Shown: positions 1 to 15,393 of the stretch, in pieces
How positions within the stretch are numbered: the first letter of the stretch is position 1
How the letters are laid out: each line of letters starts with the position of its first letter
From: Eledone cirrhosa
Taxonomy: Eukaryota
Length of the DNA stretch: 64,000 nucleotides
Direction of reading: 5' to 3'
Assembly (NCBI GenBank): GCA_964016885.1
Contig: OZ024746.1
Coordinates: 80,228,001 to 80,292,000, forward strand
Program-made: the position numbers and the translations under genes
Notes under the pieces: model-generated
Seen by the model: the letters and a program-made list of their open reading frames with translations, nothing else
Database searches by the model: none
What the model was told of the DNA's origin: nothing

Positions 1-357
1 AAGGAATATGGTGCTGCGTATTTTGAACATCAAAAATCTGGTTGAAGGAAATTATCTCAGAAGAGCGTTCAGCACACCAAATACAAATATGATTTGAAAT
101 ATATTCAATTAACCGGGATTATCCTTGCAATTCGTGGGAGAATGCACGCTGTCACATGATGCTATGGATTCTGAGGACTACATTCTTTTGTACGATTCAG
201 CCAATAAATGTCGTTATGTCATACCATGCCATGCTCAGAGCCCTTAATTCCTTACGGAATTGTAGGGACATCCTTGTGACATACGATATGTCTTGGGCAC
301 TTAAATCTGACAGAGCCCATCCCTTTCTAGATCTGAGTACAGCCTGTTTCTCCCAGG

Positions 358-660
<303 letters not shown>

Positions 661-682
661 AGGAGGAATTGAACCACTACTT

Positions 683-823
683 GATTGGTACTTTATTTAT
701 CGACCTCGAAAGACAAAAAGCAAAATGGACCTCGGTGGAATTTGAACTTAGAGTGCAGAGAGCCGAGACGTATATCACAAATTTACTATCCGTCGTTCTA
801 ACGGCTCAGCCAATTTAATGCCT
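683..823 (-). mobile_element. Diverged tRNA-derived SINE family 1 copy
   Basis: Reverse strand carries B-box-like AGTTCAAATTCC and the family core TCGATAAATAAAGTACCA. Confidence 0.7.
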
Positions 824-1514
824 TCAATAAGAGTTGAAAAAGAGAAAATTCAGAATAAGAAGTAATGCTAAGATGCTACAGAGAAACCTGGGAATGAAGA
901 TAATGTTTGGAACGGTATAAACCACACAAGGTAGACTTGGATAGACACATAACAAATGGATATCACACTAAAGTATCAAGGGCGGTTAAGATGTCATTTG
1001 TGAGAAGAAAAACTCGCCAGATTGAGGGAAAGAGTATGCTGAAAAAACAGTGGAAGTAAGGAAGTCAATAGCAACATGGCAAAAACAAAAATTAATAATT
1101 AAATAGACAGTACACAGCGAATCAAGTTTAACTGGTCTTCTAAGAGGTTGCACCTCATAGTTGGCTTCTCGGTTGTTTTATTAATAAGGTGCTCAGTTCT
1201 ATCATGGAATGAAGCGTGTTAATCATGAATACAACGCGCCGCACGAGAGAAATTGAACCCACAAGTTTATCACGAATCTCACACCCTAACAACACGTCTT
1301 CACTATATATATACACAGCATGTGAGACAACTGAGTGGAGGAAACTATCAGGAAACTTGCTGTGCTCCAGAAAGTGGTGCAGGAGAAGGAGAAAGAAACC
1401 ATGACCCACAGTTCATTCTCACTTTGGGCCGGGGACGTGGACCGGAGTTTGCAATAGTGTGTATGTTGCATAACATGTAGCTTGGGCACGTCTTTCCCGT
1501 TTATCAGACGACTC

Positions 1515-1630
<116 letters not shown>

Positions 1631-1786
1631 CGTGCGTGTGTCTGTGTGTGTGTCTGTGTGTGAGTGTGTGTGTGTGTATATATATAGTTATTGCTCGCAC
1701 CAACTAGAGGTATATGATTTTTAAAGCGTTGAAATACCAATGAAAGTTGGAAGATCACTGATGAAGGACTAATTTTATTCATATAA

Positions 1787-1929
<143 letters not shown>

Positions 1930-2573
1930 GGGGGAGGGGGAAGAGACAATGAGAGAGAGAGAGAGAGAGAAAGAAAGAGACAATTAGAGAAATATAGGGA
2001 GAGAGAGACAGACACAAGTAGACAGATAGATAAATAGATAGATACAGAGAGACAGATAGCTAACTAGATCGATAGATAGAATGATTGATTGATTAATTGA
2101 AGTATTTATGCATGCATGTATTTTTGTTTATATGCCTCTATGTATATATTTATGTATGTATATAGAGAAACATGAGTGTCTGTTGAATGTATATATGTAT
2201 GCAAAGATTTCACACACATGCAATCTATATAATTATATTAATATAGTACTATATGTATGTATATATGTGTGTGTATGCCTGTGTGATTGCGTGCGTGTAT
2301 GCACGCGCAAGCGTGCGTGTCTGTATGTATGAATGTATACATAGGTAGGTAGGTACATATACATAGTGTGTGAGCGTGTGTTTGTGTGTTTATGTAAATA
2401 AACATACATAATGTACATATGTATATACATATGTAACTGTACACATATACAAACATACATACATACACACATACACACATACATACATACATACATACAT
2501 ACATTCATACATACATTCATTCAGACACACATACATGCATTCATACATACATACATATATACATGCATACATA

Positions 2574-2910
2574 TTAGCTTCATACTCATCATTATTGGAG
2601 CTACGGATCGATAAAATAAAGTACCAGTAATGCACTGGGTATGTGCTGGCCTTGTGCCTAAAGTAGAAACAATTATTGGAGCTACGGGTTATATACCAAC
2701 CCGCTTGGACCAATGTATAACTGAACTTGGATTTGCGGACAAAGAGCGCAGCTCCCTAATTCATAGTCTACAAATGGCTGCGATAGCTGGTACCTTCAAA
2801 GTTAGCAAAACATTCTTGCGATTCAAGAGATGACAATTTATTTTCTTTTACAACCTTGCCACCAGGAAGGTGGCCGGTCAAAAATACTCGAAATTAAGAG
2901 AAAGAGAGAT
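2574..2910 (+). mobile_element. RLE-type non-LTR retrotransposon family A, 5'-truncated copy interrupted by a SINE fragment
   Basis: Near-identical to the 3' part of 40246-40926 (IIGATGYIPTRLDQ...GTFKVSKTFLRFKR* plus the same 3' UTR); (CATA)-type repeats on both sides. Confidence 0.9.
2607..2677 (+). mobile_element. 5'-truncated SINE family 1 insertion with 16-bp TSD
   Basis: ATTATTGGAGCTACGG at 2591-2606 and 2672-2687; paralogous copies (3527, 40684) show the empty site. Confidence 0.9.
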
Positions 2911-3038
2911 ACATATACTTAAATTTACATACATACATACATATACACATACATACATACAAACATACATACAAACATACATACATACATACATACATAC
3001 ATACATACATACATACATACATACATACATACATACAT

Positions 3039-3309
3039 AAAAAATATGTAAAACATTCCAAAAAGGTTGCATCTAATAACTGCATATACACATGTACAGA
3101 TACAAAGCATATACACATGCACACATACAACTCAAAACATCCACATCCACACATACAATAACATCCATATCTACACATGCATGCATACATACATATCTAC
3201 GTAGTTGATGTTGTGTAAATTCCAATGAGAGAGAGAGTCTTGTGTCTATGTTAGAAACCGATTCTCTCTCTGTTGGTAAAACTTTGTGAAATTAAAAAAA
3301 CCAGAAGAA
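3039..3309 (+). mobile_element. RLE-type retrotransposon family B, 3' end
   Basis: Matches 39873-40145; ends CCAGAAGAA followed by (CATA)n and is preceded by (CATA)n. Confidence 0.8.
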
Positions 3310-3492
3310 CATACATACATACATACATACATACATACATACATACATACATACATACATACATACATACACACACACATACATACATACATACATACAC
3401 ACATACACACACACACATACATACATACATACATACATACATACATACATACATACATACATACATACATACATACATACATACATACATAC

Positions 3493-3769
3493 GTATCCAA
3501 GATACACCTTTAGCTTCATACCCATCATTATTGGTGCTACGGGTTATATACCAACCCGCTTGGACCAAAGTATGACTGAACTTGGATTTGCGGACAAAAA
3601 GCGCAGCTCCCTAATTCATAGTCTACAAATGGCTGCGATAGCTGGCACCTTCAAAACTTGCAAAACATTCTTGCGATTCAAGGGATGACAATTTCTTTTC
3701 TTTTACAACCTTGCCACCAGGAAGGTGGCCGGTCAAAAAAATATACTCAAAATTAAGAGAAAGAGAAAA
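3493..3769 (+). mobile_element. RLE-type retrotransposon family A, 5'-truncated copy
   Basis: Matches 40650-40926; flanked by (CATA)n on both sides. Confidence 0.9.
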
Positions 3770-3894
3770 CATACATACGATTTAGAATTTATATTATATT
3801 TCTGCATTTATTTCTATAAAGGCGTGAATGCGTATTAATATGTATATTTCGGTATGCATGTCAGTGTATGTATGCATGTGTGTATGTGTATATA

Positions 3895-3925
<31 letters not shown>

Positions 3926-4049
3926 AAGTATGTATGTATGTATGTATGTATGTATGTATGAATTATATATGTACATATATGTGTGCGTGTGTGTGTGTGA
4001 GTGTGTGTATGTAAGTATGTATGTATGTATGTATGAATTATATATGTAC

Positions 4050-4081
<32 letters not shown>

Positions 4082-4721
4082 AGGTGTGTGAGTGTGTGTA
4101 TGTAAGTATGTATGTATGTATGTATGAATTATATATGTACATATATGTGTGTCTGTGTGTGTGTGTGTGTATGTGTGAGTGTGTGAGTGTGTGAGTGTGT
4201 GTATGTAAGTATGTATATATGTATGAATTATATATGTACATATATGTGTGTCTGTGTGTATGTGTGGGGGTGGGGGTGGGGGTGGGGAGTTGGAAGCATT
4301 CAGGTATACGGAGGCGACGTCGAAGCGAAGCCAACGCGAGAGAAGTAGGATTGGAAAGGAAACATATCATCTATTGCAAAGGAAAGCCATATGCCAAAAA
4401 TCACATTTTGGCATCAAAATAAAAGACATAATTCCGAAATATAATCGACTACAGCTGCTTGGAGTCAATTCCTCAATAAATTCTATTCCACGCAATTTTA
4501 AAGAAATAGATAATAGATGCAAGAGAAAATGTAAAAATATAGTAAAGTATAGTAAAGTAAAGAGAATGTGTAAAGAATGAAGATAGATAATTATACAGGT
4601 AGTGTGAGATAGATTGGTAGGTAGATATATATATAGATAGATAGATAGGTAGATTGGTAGATAGATAGGTAGATAGATAGATAGATTGGTAGATAGATAT
4701 ATAGATAGATAGACAGATATG

Positions 4722-5036
4722 TTTCTTTATTAGCCACAGGGGCACAAAAGAAGGGGACAAATACAAAGGGGGAAGTTTACATACAATAAAAACGTGTAAA
4801 ATATCACAAATGCAATTTAAAAAGTTAGTCGATTTTCCCCAATAGGGGGAGACAGTTCATATGGGTAACACATACCCCCGAAAAAAATGTGCAGCCCTCA
4901 TCTCTAGGAGTACGAAGAGTTTGTACTCCTTTCCTCTCCTCCTCCTTTTCCTCAACCTACAGGCTGATATAGAGAGAAGGCCCATTCACTCGGACCATTC
5001 TCGCCACTTTCACCCACCTTTCATAAAACTTGCTGG
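4722..5036 (-). mobile_element. Tx1/L1-like retrotransposon 3' end, 5'-truncated
   Basis: Minus strand KFYERWVKVARMVRVNGPSLYISL* then a UTR ending CCCCTGTGGCTAATAAAGAAA; homologous to 20485-20776; embedded in (GATA)n. Confidence 0.7.
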
Positions 5037-5054
5037 GGTAGATTGGTAGATAGG

Positions 5055-5129
<75 letters not shown>

Positions 5130-5261
5130 TTAGATAGATAGATAGATCGAGAGATAGAGAGATAGGTAGGTAGGTAGGTAGGTAGGTAGGTAGGTAGGTA
5201 GGTAGGTATCGAGAGAGAGGTAAGGACAGAGACAAGGTGACAAACGAAAAGAAAGAAAGAC

Positions 5262-5368
<107 letters not shown>

Positions 5369-6009
5369 AAGACAGACAGAAAGTAAGAAAGAAAGGTAGA
5401 AAGAAAGAAAGGCTTTAAGGCCAAATACATAGATAGGGTGAGATAGATGGAGAGACAAAGAGAAGAAGAAAAAACAGACTGACAATCGAGAAGAAAGAAA
5501 GAAAGACCGCAAGGAAGAAACGATGGCGACACTTAGGCAGAGTGAAAGTGATAGAGAGACAGAGAGGAACACAGGCAAGGTGACAAGTGAAAAGAAAGAA
5601 AGAATTGAATATGTAAAGAAAGGTAAATAAATAAAAGTAGATAAAATGAAAAAAGAAAGATGAAAGAAAAATGAAGAATACAAAAGAAAAAGTTATATTG
5701 AAATAAATGAATAAATGAAGAATAAAGAGAAAGAAATAAGGAAAGAAGGAAGTACAGAAGATCGGAAGGAAATGATAAAGTAAGCAAGGAAAAATAGATA
5801 TATAGCTACACACACACACATACATACATACATACACACATACACACACACACACACACAAACACATACACACACATACACACACACAAACACATAGGCG
5901 CACACACATAGGCATACATACACACATATATATATACAGAGAGGGAGAGTTCATAAGAAATGGGAGACTCAAACGCGAGAAATAGCAGTTGTAACAACCG
6001 AATGCCTTT

Positions 6010-6202
6010 AATAATTGTTTCTACTTTTGGCACAAGGCCAGCAATTACCCCAGTACATTACTGGTACTTTATTTTATCGACCCCGTAAGGATGAAAGGCA
6101 AAGTTAACCTCGGCAGGACTTGAACTCAGATCATAAAGAGCCGTAACTCTATGCTGCAAAGCATGGCGTCCGACCCTCTACTGATACTGCCAATCCATCA
6201 CC
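6010..6202 (-). mobile_element. tRNA-derived SINE family 1, near full length
   Basis: A box TGGCAGTATCAG, B box GTTCAAGTCC, core CCTTTCATCCTTACGGGGTCGATAAAATAAAGTACCAG, tail AAACAATTATT. Confidence 0.92.
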
Positions 6203-7083
6203 AATAATAACAACATGAAAGTCGGGTAAAAATACCCACCCTAAGGACGGAAAATAGTGGAAGTGGCCGCTACAGAAAAAAAAAAAGTTGTAAGATTAGG
6301 TGGGAGAAAAGTATAGTTGATTAGGAGAGAAAAGATAAGGAAAGGAAAATATAAGGAAAATAAAAGGGGATAAAAATTACAAAAGTCACATGACCAAAAC
6401 ACAGATGTATCGCAACCTCATCAGCTTTCACCTAGCTGTGTAGTTTCGCACAAGAAAGGACTGCATATTTTGGGCCAGCTCCTGGAAATACACATTTCTG
6501 CTGGTATGATGTGTGTGTGTGTGTGTGATGGCAACTTAACTAAACAGAACAGATAATCAAACAAACAAACCAGGGAGCTAGAGAAAATGCTTCCGGCCAA
6601 TGTGTGTTTGTGTGTGTGTGTGAGTGAGTGTGTCTGTGTATGTGAGTGTGTAAGTGAGTGTGTGTGTGAGTGTGTGTGAGTGTGTGTGTGTGAGTGAGTG
6701 TGTCTGTGTATGTGAGTGTGTAAGTGAGTGTGTGTGTGAGTGTGTGTGAGTGTGTGTGTGTGAGTGTGTGTGTGTTAGTGTGTGAGTGTGTGAGTGTGTG
6801 TGTGTGAGTATATGAGTGAGTGTGTGTGTGAGTGAGTGAGTGTATGTGTGAGGGAGTGTGAGTGTATGAGTGTGTGTGAGTGTGTGTGTGTGTATGCGTT
6901 TGTGAGTGTGTGTGTGTGAGTATATGAGTGAGTGTGTGTGTGTGTGTGTCAGTGAGTGTGTGTGTGTGCGTGTGTGTGTCTGTGTGTGAGTGTATGTGTT
7001 AGAGTGTGTATGTGAGTGTAGCAATGGTGATTTATTCCTTCTTCCGATTGGCTACAGAGCAATAGAGGGTTATATTATAGCAT

Positions 7084-7277
7084 AATAATTGTTCCTACTT
7101 TTGGCACAAGGCCAGCAATTATTCCAGTGCATTACTGGTACTTTATTTTATCGACCCCTCAAGGATGAAAGGCAAAGTTAACCTCGGCGGGATTTGAATT
7201 CAGACCATAAAGGACCGTAACTCTATGCTGCAAAGCTTGGCGTCAGATCCTCTACTGATACTGCCAATCCACCGCCC
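7084..7277 (-). mobile_element. tRNA-derived SINE family 1, near full length
   Basis: Same A/B boxes, core and ATT tail as the other copies. Confidence 0.92.
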
Positions 7278-7536
7278 ATAATAATGATGGTAACATCACT
7301 AGCGGTTATAATGATGATAATAATTCCATTATCAAGGTGAAGAATCTTTCGTGTGCCGCAGGTGTGTGTGGGGGGGGGGGGGGGGTTAGAGTCTAGTCTA
7401 TTCAGACGGCGTTTGTATTATTGAATGAATATATTTTATTTATTTATTCATGTTTGGTCTGTGACATTATCTGGACAACGGAATAATGGGAAAACTTGGA
7501 ATTTACGCAACTTATTTGTTTCACATAAGTCTAAAT

Positions 7537-7824
7537 CAGTGGTTCCCAACCTTTTGTACCCCATGCTCCACCTCAACATCTCAAACAATTTTATGCCCCA
7601 CTTTGATATAAAAACACCGATCATCAACTACAAAGTGTGAACAAATTGACGATGCCAGATGCACAATAATGTGTGGGGGAGGTGAGATAGGAATTTCCGA
7701 CAGTAATTTGTTCCAATGTTGCCTTGGTGTGAAAGTAATAGGGTAAAATCTGAAATTTGCTTTCATTAACATCATTTTCAAATTGCCCTCTTGTAGGGCA
7801 TGCGCCCCGCGTTGGGAATCACTG
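7537..7824. mobile_element. hAT-type MITE
   Basis: TIRs CAGTGGTTCCCAAC / GTTGGGAATCACTG; perfect 8-bp TSD GTCTAAAT at 7529-7536 and 7825-7832. Confidence 0.9.
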
Positions 7825-8111
7825 GTCTAAATGCTGGCTGAGTGGTATCTGTCTTGAAGCGGGGTCTCGTAATTGTTGGAGATGAATTGTCATTCTGTTC
7901 ACTCGATATAATAGTTTTTTATTTCTTCCTTTAGTATCTTATCGGTTAGACATGGTGGCCTCTGGGATGTATGACAATACCAATAATGTGTACAGAGACA
8001 TCTTATCCACTGACAAAGTGGTGTGAACGCGTACTTTCACAAGTGTGCACTCCACCCTAATCATCGCTACATATATTAGGTCTGTGACAAGATATACATA
8101 ATCACCTCGAT

Positions 8112-8653
<542 letters not shown>

Positions 8654-8904
8654 ATTTATGTATATTATTTTTTTTCAAAAGATCTTTTTCCAATTATCAA
8701 ATAAGACATTCTTTGTTTTGAATGTTTGTTGCTATTAAACGTTTGTGGTCTGTGTATGTCGACCGCATAGAGTTTCTTCGAGAACGTCATCGCACATGCC
8801 CATCACTAGCCCTCTATAGAACGCTAACGTGGAATTTCCACTGACCACATTGCTCTATTGGTAGAGGGTGTGAGCGCTTGACAATATTCCAGATGCCAGG
8901 GCGC

Positions 8905-9380
8905 GTGTCTCAGAATATAAGACAGGCATGATCGAACATATACCGTCACTATGATATCCTACACTCTAACAACTGGTATGCACACCATCCACAGCCAGTC
9001 ACCGAGGGAGAGAATGTTATCATCCTATGGGGTTACAGGAAACATACAGACAAGCAAATAAATGATAACAAGCCAGACATCATTATCAAAGACCTAAAAC
9101 AGAAAACATGCCTGTTAATTTATGTGGCGGTGCCTACTGATAGAAGCCTCTCAACAAAAGAATTTGAGGAACTATCTAAATACAAAGACATTGAGATTGA
9201 GATATCTAGGATGTGGCAATTAAAAACCCAAATCGTCCATGTTGTTGTGGCTATCCTGGGAATGATCAAGAAAGGTACTGACAAATTCTTTAACAAGATC
9301 CCAGGGAAACCAACAATCTACGAGGTTCAAAAATTGTGCTAACTTCAAACGCTCACCTTGTGGTCAAAACAATTTTGATT
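8905..9380 (+). pseudogene. Degenerate RLE endonuclease domain of a separate R4/Dong-like retrotransposon family
   Basis: Translates as RHD...NWYAHHPQPVTEGENVIILWG...TDKQINDNKPDIIIKDLKQKTCLLIYVAVPTD...KEFEELSKYKDIEIEISRMWQLKTQIVHVVVAILGMIKKG. Confidence 0.85.
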
Positions 9381-9497
9381 GGTCGGTAGAGGTCATGTGA
9401 ATGTTAAAAATTGATTTTGCGCCAAATGTAGGTTTGTCTCGGCTGATTGAGAAGTCACTGAAAAATAAGTCTTTAAAGACAAATGTGTGTGTATGTG

Positions 9498-9600
<103 letters not shown>

Positions 9601-9829
9601 TAGTAGTAGTAAAGAGGTTCGTTGTTGTGATAATGGTCAGCAGGGATGTGTGTACGAACTGCAGCCTGCTGACAGTTCAAATGCCTATTAAGACAAGTGT
9701 GTGTGTGTGTGTGTGTGTGTAGCAGAGTAATTCGTGGTAGAGGGATGGTCAGTAGGAATGTGTCTGTACGTGTGTGGGGGATATTTTAACATGTTAAAAG
9801 ATATTTTTCAGCTCTTGTCTTATACGGAG

Positions 9830-9904
<75 letters not shown>

Positions 9905-9906
<2 letters not shown>

Positions 9907-10475
9907 ATACATGAGAAGAAAGAAGAATACTGGTTTGCACATGGGTTACATATGATAAAAATAGTCCTTCGTCAGTGATTTTTTCAACCATCATTGGTAT
10001 TTCATCGCATTAAAAATCAGATACCTCAGGTTGGTGCGAGCAATAACTAAAAAAAGTTATTGGGACCAGAATTCGCGTAAGGCGAGGGGGACAAGTAAAC
10101 AACATAGAAGGATAAAAGTAAACCGAAGATAGGAAAATAAACAAGCAACATGTTTGTCCGGTCAGCATAAACTGGGTGGATTTCATAAGCGAAAGAGGTA
10201 CAGACCGTGTTGATGTGTGTGAGATGTGAGCAAGAAGAGACCCACACAAGCCAAATGGGAGGAAGTGAGAAGGGGAGAAACAGAGAGTGAGAAGGGGAGA
10301 AACAGAGTGTGAGGAAGAGGTCAGTCGAGAGAAAGTGTAACTGACAGAGGGGGCGAAAGAAGGTGAGAGAAACAGAGAGAGCGGGGAAGCAGTAAGAGAG
10401 AAACAGACAAACGCAGCCGAGGTAAATATTAAATATATATAAAAAACATGAGAAGAAAGAATACTGCGTGGTTTA
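9905..10475 (-). mobile_element. Probable Penelope-like remnant with short terminal direct repeats in (TA)n
   Basis: CATGAGAAGAAAG(AAG)AATACTG at both ends, purine-skewed interior; 9955-10048 recurs inverted at 1687-1780. Confidence 0.45.
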
Positions 10476-10984
10476 TATATATATATATATCTATATATAT
10501 GGAGAAAAATAGCGCCATGTTGGATAACAGAACTCGGCTGTAAAGTTGTTTTCTCGTCACCTCACCAGAAGGAGCCCCCCACATACATACCCACCACCAC
10601 CACCACCCACCACCACCACCCACCACCACCAACAACAACGACAACAAAAACAACAACACCACAACCACCAAAAAAAAAAGAGCAGGCAAACATACCAACA
10701 AACAATGAAAGAATAAGATTTCGCATCAATCTTAACATAAATAATTTCTTTTATGTATTTCTATAGAGTTAAAGAAACAAACTATAGGTAAGGTAATAAA
10801 GCAGAAAGGGAACAGAAATATAATATGACGTAAACAGGTGATGAGAGAGAGGGAAAAGAGGAAAGTGAATTTAGTGCTCGCATTCTTCTTCCATTGTAGG
10901 CTTCCATATATATATATATATAATAATACATATATATATATATATGTATGTATATATATATATTTATTTATATATATATATATT

Positions 10985-11031
<47 letters not shown>

Positions 11032-11037
11032 TATATA

Positions 11038-11070
<33 letters not shown>

Positions 11071-11145
11071 TTATTTATATATATATATATATTTATTTAT
11101 ATATATATATATATTTATTTATTTAAATATATATATATATATATA

Positions 11146-11180
<35 letters not shown>

Positions 11181-11203
11181 TTATTTATATATATATATTT
11201 ATT

Positions 11204-11341
<138 letters not shown>

Positions 11342-11342
11342 A

Positions 11343-11411
<69 letters not shown>

Positions 11412-11610
11412 ACATAGCTAATGTATTACTACGTTAAGAAGGAATATGAAATAGATCTAAATCCCACTATGGTGTCGCATTGATATTCCTAAATTCTTTA
11501 GATATGTCTCTGTGAGTGTATGTGTATATAACATATATATGATATATATATATAACATATATATAGATGTGTGCGCGTGTGTTTGTATAATATATATATA
11601 TATATATGTT

Positions 11611-11666
<56 letters not shown>

Positions 11667-11745
11667 AACATATAAATATATATATATTATACAAACACAC
11701 GCACACACATCTATATATATAGAGATACATATATATATATATATG

Positions 11746-11820
<75 letters not shown>

Positions 11821-11863
11821 CAGATTAACAAGAGGCGCAGAGCCACACACATATAGACATATG

Positions 11864-11927
<64 letters not shown>

Positions 11928-12295
11928 TATATATATGATTATATATGTATATATCTATGTATATAAATGTATATATACTTAAATCCATGGCCCTAAATAT
12001 ATATATGCACATATTTAACCAGCCATATATACATATGTGTGTGTTTGTGTATATATATATATATATATATATATACATCCAAAACAGTACGTGTGTGTAT
12101 GTTTGTGAATGTATATAACAGATATATACATGTATGCTCATGAATATATGCTTCCATACATTTATATGTGTATATATTTTCTCTATATCACACACATACA
12201 GAAACGCACACACAAATATACACACACATACATATGTGTATGTGTGTGTATATCTTATATTTCAATTTTTAACTGATATGCGAGCAGATATGATA

Positions 12296-12551
12296 TGCCA
12301 CGTGCAAGTGGCTGAGCATTCCACAGACACGTGTACCTTTAACTTAGTTTTGAAGGAGATTCAGCGTAACACATAAGATGACAAGGCTGGCCCTTCGAAT
12401 TACAGGTACAATTCATTTTTGCCAGTTGTGTTGAGTGTAGCAGCGTAAAATAAAGTGTCTTGCTGAAGGACATAACTCACCACCGGGAATCGAACTCACG
12501 ACCTTAAGATTGTGACCAAAATACTCTAACCACAAAGCCACTCGCCTTCAC
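12296..12551 (-). mobile_element. tRNA-derived SINE family 2 (TGTCCTTGAGCAAGACACTT-type core, MetaSINE-like)
   Basis: A box TGGCTTTGTGG, B box GTTCGATTCC; partial copies near 1175-1303, 18795-18985, 25978-26115, 26672-26850, 36455-36640, 48015-48227, 55480-55583, 59170-59242. Confidence 0.85.
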
Positions 12552-12658
12552 CCATACATACATATGAAGAAAAGCGACAGAGGAAACGAAAGATATATCC
12601 CATTTATATATAAATACGCACACACACACGTATACACGCGCACACACACGCACGCACG

Positions 12659-12729
<71 letters not shown>

Positions 12730-14278
12730 TTGCCTGTGTGCGCGTGTTTGCAGACACATAGACACACATACGTGCATACGTGCATAAATACATACGTACA
12801 TACATGCGTACATGCATGCATACATAAATACATACATATATATATACATATATACATACACACATTCATACTTATAAAAGAGAAAGTTATTGAGGAAAAG
12901 AAAGTCATATCATATATATATATATATATATACATACATGCATACATACATACATACATACAGACAGACAGACATACAGACAGACATATACAGAGAAATG
13001 TGGTAGAGGGTGAGAGAGATTGGGAGAAAGAAAGAAAGAAAGAATGAAGGCGAATGAGAGATAGAAAGAGAGTGTTCAATTGCGATGCAGGAAGGAAGGA
13101 AAGGTTTGTCTTGTGGTAGTAAGATTGAATGAAATGTCACCAAATCTAGTGCATTTACAATTGTGAAATATAGTGGTTTTCCACAGAGATATAAGATATT
13201 CATTACTAAAGAAATAAATATTCTTTGCTTTTATTGCTCTCCTCCACGAAAATAAAAGTATCCGACATGAATGAAAGAAAAAAAAAAACGAAATACAGCC
13301 TCTACTGTATAACAAACAAAATAGGAAAAATGGAAGAGCAGGCGAGTTTTTGTTCGTTTGTTTGTTGGTTTTGCTTTGGTTGGGTGGGGTGTGAGTATAA
13401 AAAAATAAACATGAAGAAACCACACTATGCGAAGCTGTAACAAAATGAGTGATTGAGCGTGAGTGTGTGAGAGGAAGAAAATATGTGTGTGTGTGTGTGT
13501 GTGTGAAAAAGAGAGTGAAAGAGTGGGTGAAGGGTGGAATTGTGGAGAGAGAAAAACATTTAAAAAAACGACAGTGAGAAAAGTGTTAAAAACACACAGG
13601 TTCAAAACATTAGGTGAATATTACTATTTGCTGACAATGATAAAATAGGACGTTACTACATTGCTAGATGAATTCCAAAGAAAAAGATGCTTAGAAAGTA
13701 AAAAGTATAAAAGTCCGAAAAGCTAAATTTCAACCCTTGCGTAATACATAAATAAATAAGTAAATATAAGGTAAGAAAATCTTTATGATTTATGGCTGAC
13801 ATTATTTCAACCATGTTTTGCAACTTGAGGAGACATTTAATGGCCGAAATCTGAAGCAGGTCCAAGACTAAATAAGGAGCAGCTTGTTTGAAAATATTGC
13901 AAACAATAAAAAACAAATAAAGAAACAAATAAAAGGAAACAAATACACCCTATAGACAGAAACATTACCACACACATCAACAGTTATATAATGTTCGACG
14001 AAAAACAAAGGGGGATAATTTTTTTTTTTTTTTTTTTTTTCTGAAACCATATTACTCCGAAAGATATTGGGTTCTTATTTAGACAGAAAGCCACCAATTT
14101 TGTAGGGAAGGATAAATGGATTATATAGATGTGCTTTGTTCTATAGGCTTTCGGGCATTTGAACTCAGAAAGTAAAGACCCGTAAATAAATAGGGTAAAT
14201 CATTTTATTTTCTCCGATGCTCTAAAGATTCTGCCAATCTACTACCCTCAACTATACCCGAAATGATGGGGTATATTA

Positions 14279-14468
14279 CTGGATTGGCAGTATCGGTCGA
14301 GCGTCAGACACCATTTTTTTGTAGCATAGAGTTATGGTTCGTTACGTTCTGTGTTCCAATCCCGCCGAGGCTAACTTTGCCTTTCATCCTTACGGGGTCG
14401 ATAAAATAAAGTACCAGTAATGCACTGGGATAATTGCTGGCCTTGTAACAAAAGTAGAAACAATTATT
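14279..14468 (+). mobile_element. tRNA-derived SINE family 1 (a diverged minus-strand copy lies at ~14075-14268)
   Basis: A box TGGCAGTATCGG, family core, ATT tail. Confidence 0.9.
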
Positions 14469-15112
14469 TATTTATCTAACATTTTATATTGTTACTTATT
14501 GTCATATTAGTCGAATTATAGATATGGTGCTACATTAAAATGCACACGCTACACTTCGAGAATACCTGAGATCCGACCGGTAGCAACATAAAGTAATATG
14601 GGATCTTTAGTTAAGTACTGGTACCACGATAATCCATCCAGTACATTCTGTAAAATAGTTGGTGTTAGGAAGAGCATACAGTAATAGGAGGTGAGATTTG
14701 TACTCAGAAGAAAGTGTGAACCTTGACCTTTATCTGACGTTGTAATATTGTGTGTTTCTAAAAAATATTTTTTCCAAAAAATCCCTGTTCTTTAAAGTCC
14801 CTTGGCCAATGACCTCTACCCATCCCAAAAATCACCAGTTCCACAACCAACAGAAAACATATAAACACAACTGTTTTACAAAGATAGTTGACTTTCCTGG
14901 TGATTTCTTTTAAATAAAACAGTTCTAGTCCTGTAGAATCCATTTCTATATTAAACATGATACACACACACACACACACATACACACATATATATTTTGT
15001 TACCGTACCCCTTTTTTTCCGTATAGTCCTCCACCTACCCCCCACTCTCCTGAGCGTGAAGCTAATAAACATTTGTCGTACTGCCTCTCTGTTCTGTCCC
15101 TGTTCAATTTTT

Positions 15113-15210
<98 letters not shown>

Positions 15211-15318
15211 TGTGTGTGTGTGTGTGTGTGTGTCCATAAAATTAACTTTATAATTTCAAAAATTCAGAAAACTGTAATAGACACAAACTATAGAAGTTGT
15301 AGATCATTTATGGACACC

Positions 15319-15393
<75 letters not shown>

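Noticed and set aside
6010-6202. Possible tRNA genes at A/B-box motifs
   Set aside because: Boxes belong to SINE heads with extended spacing and no cloverleaf.
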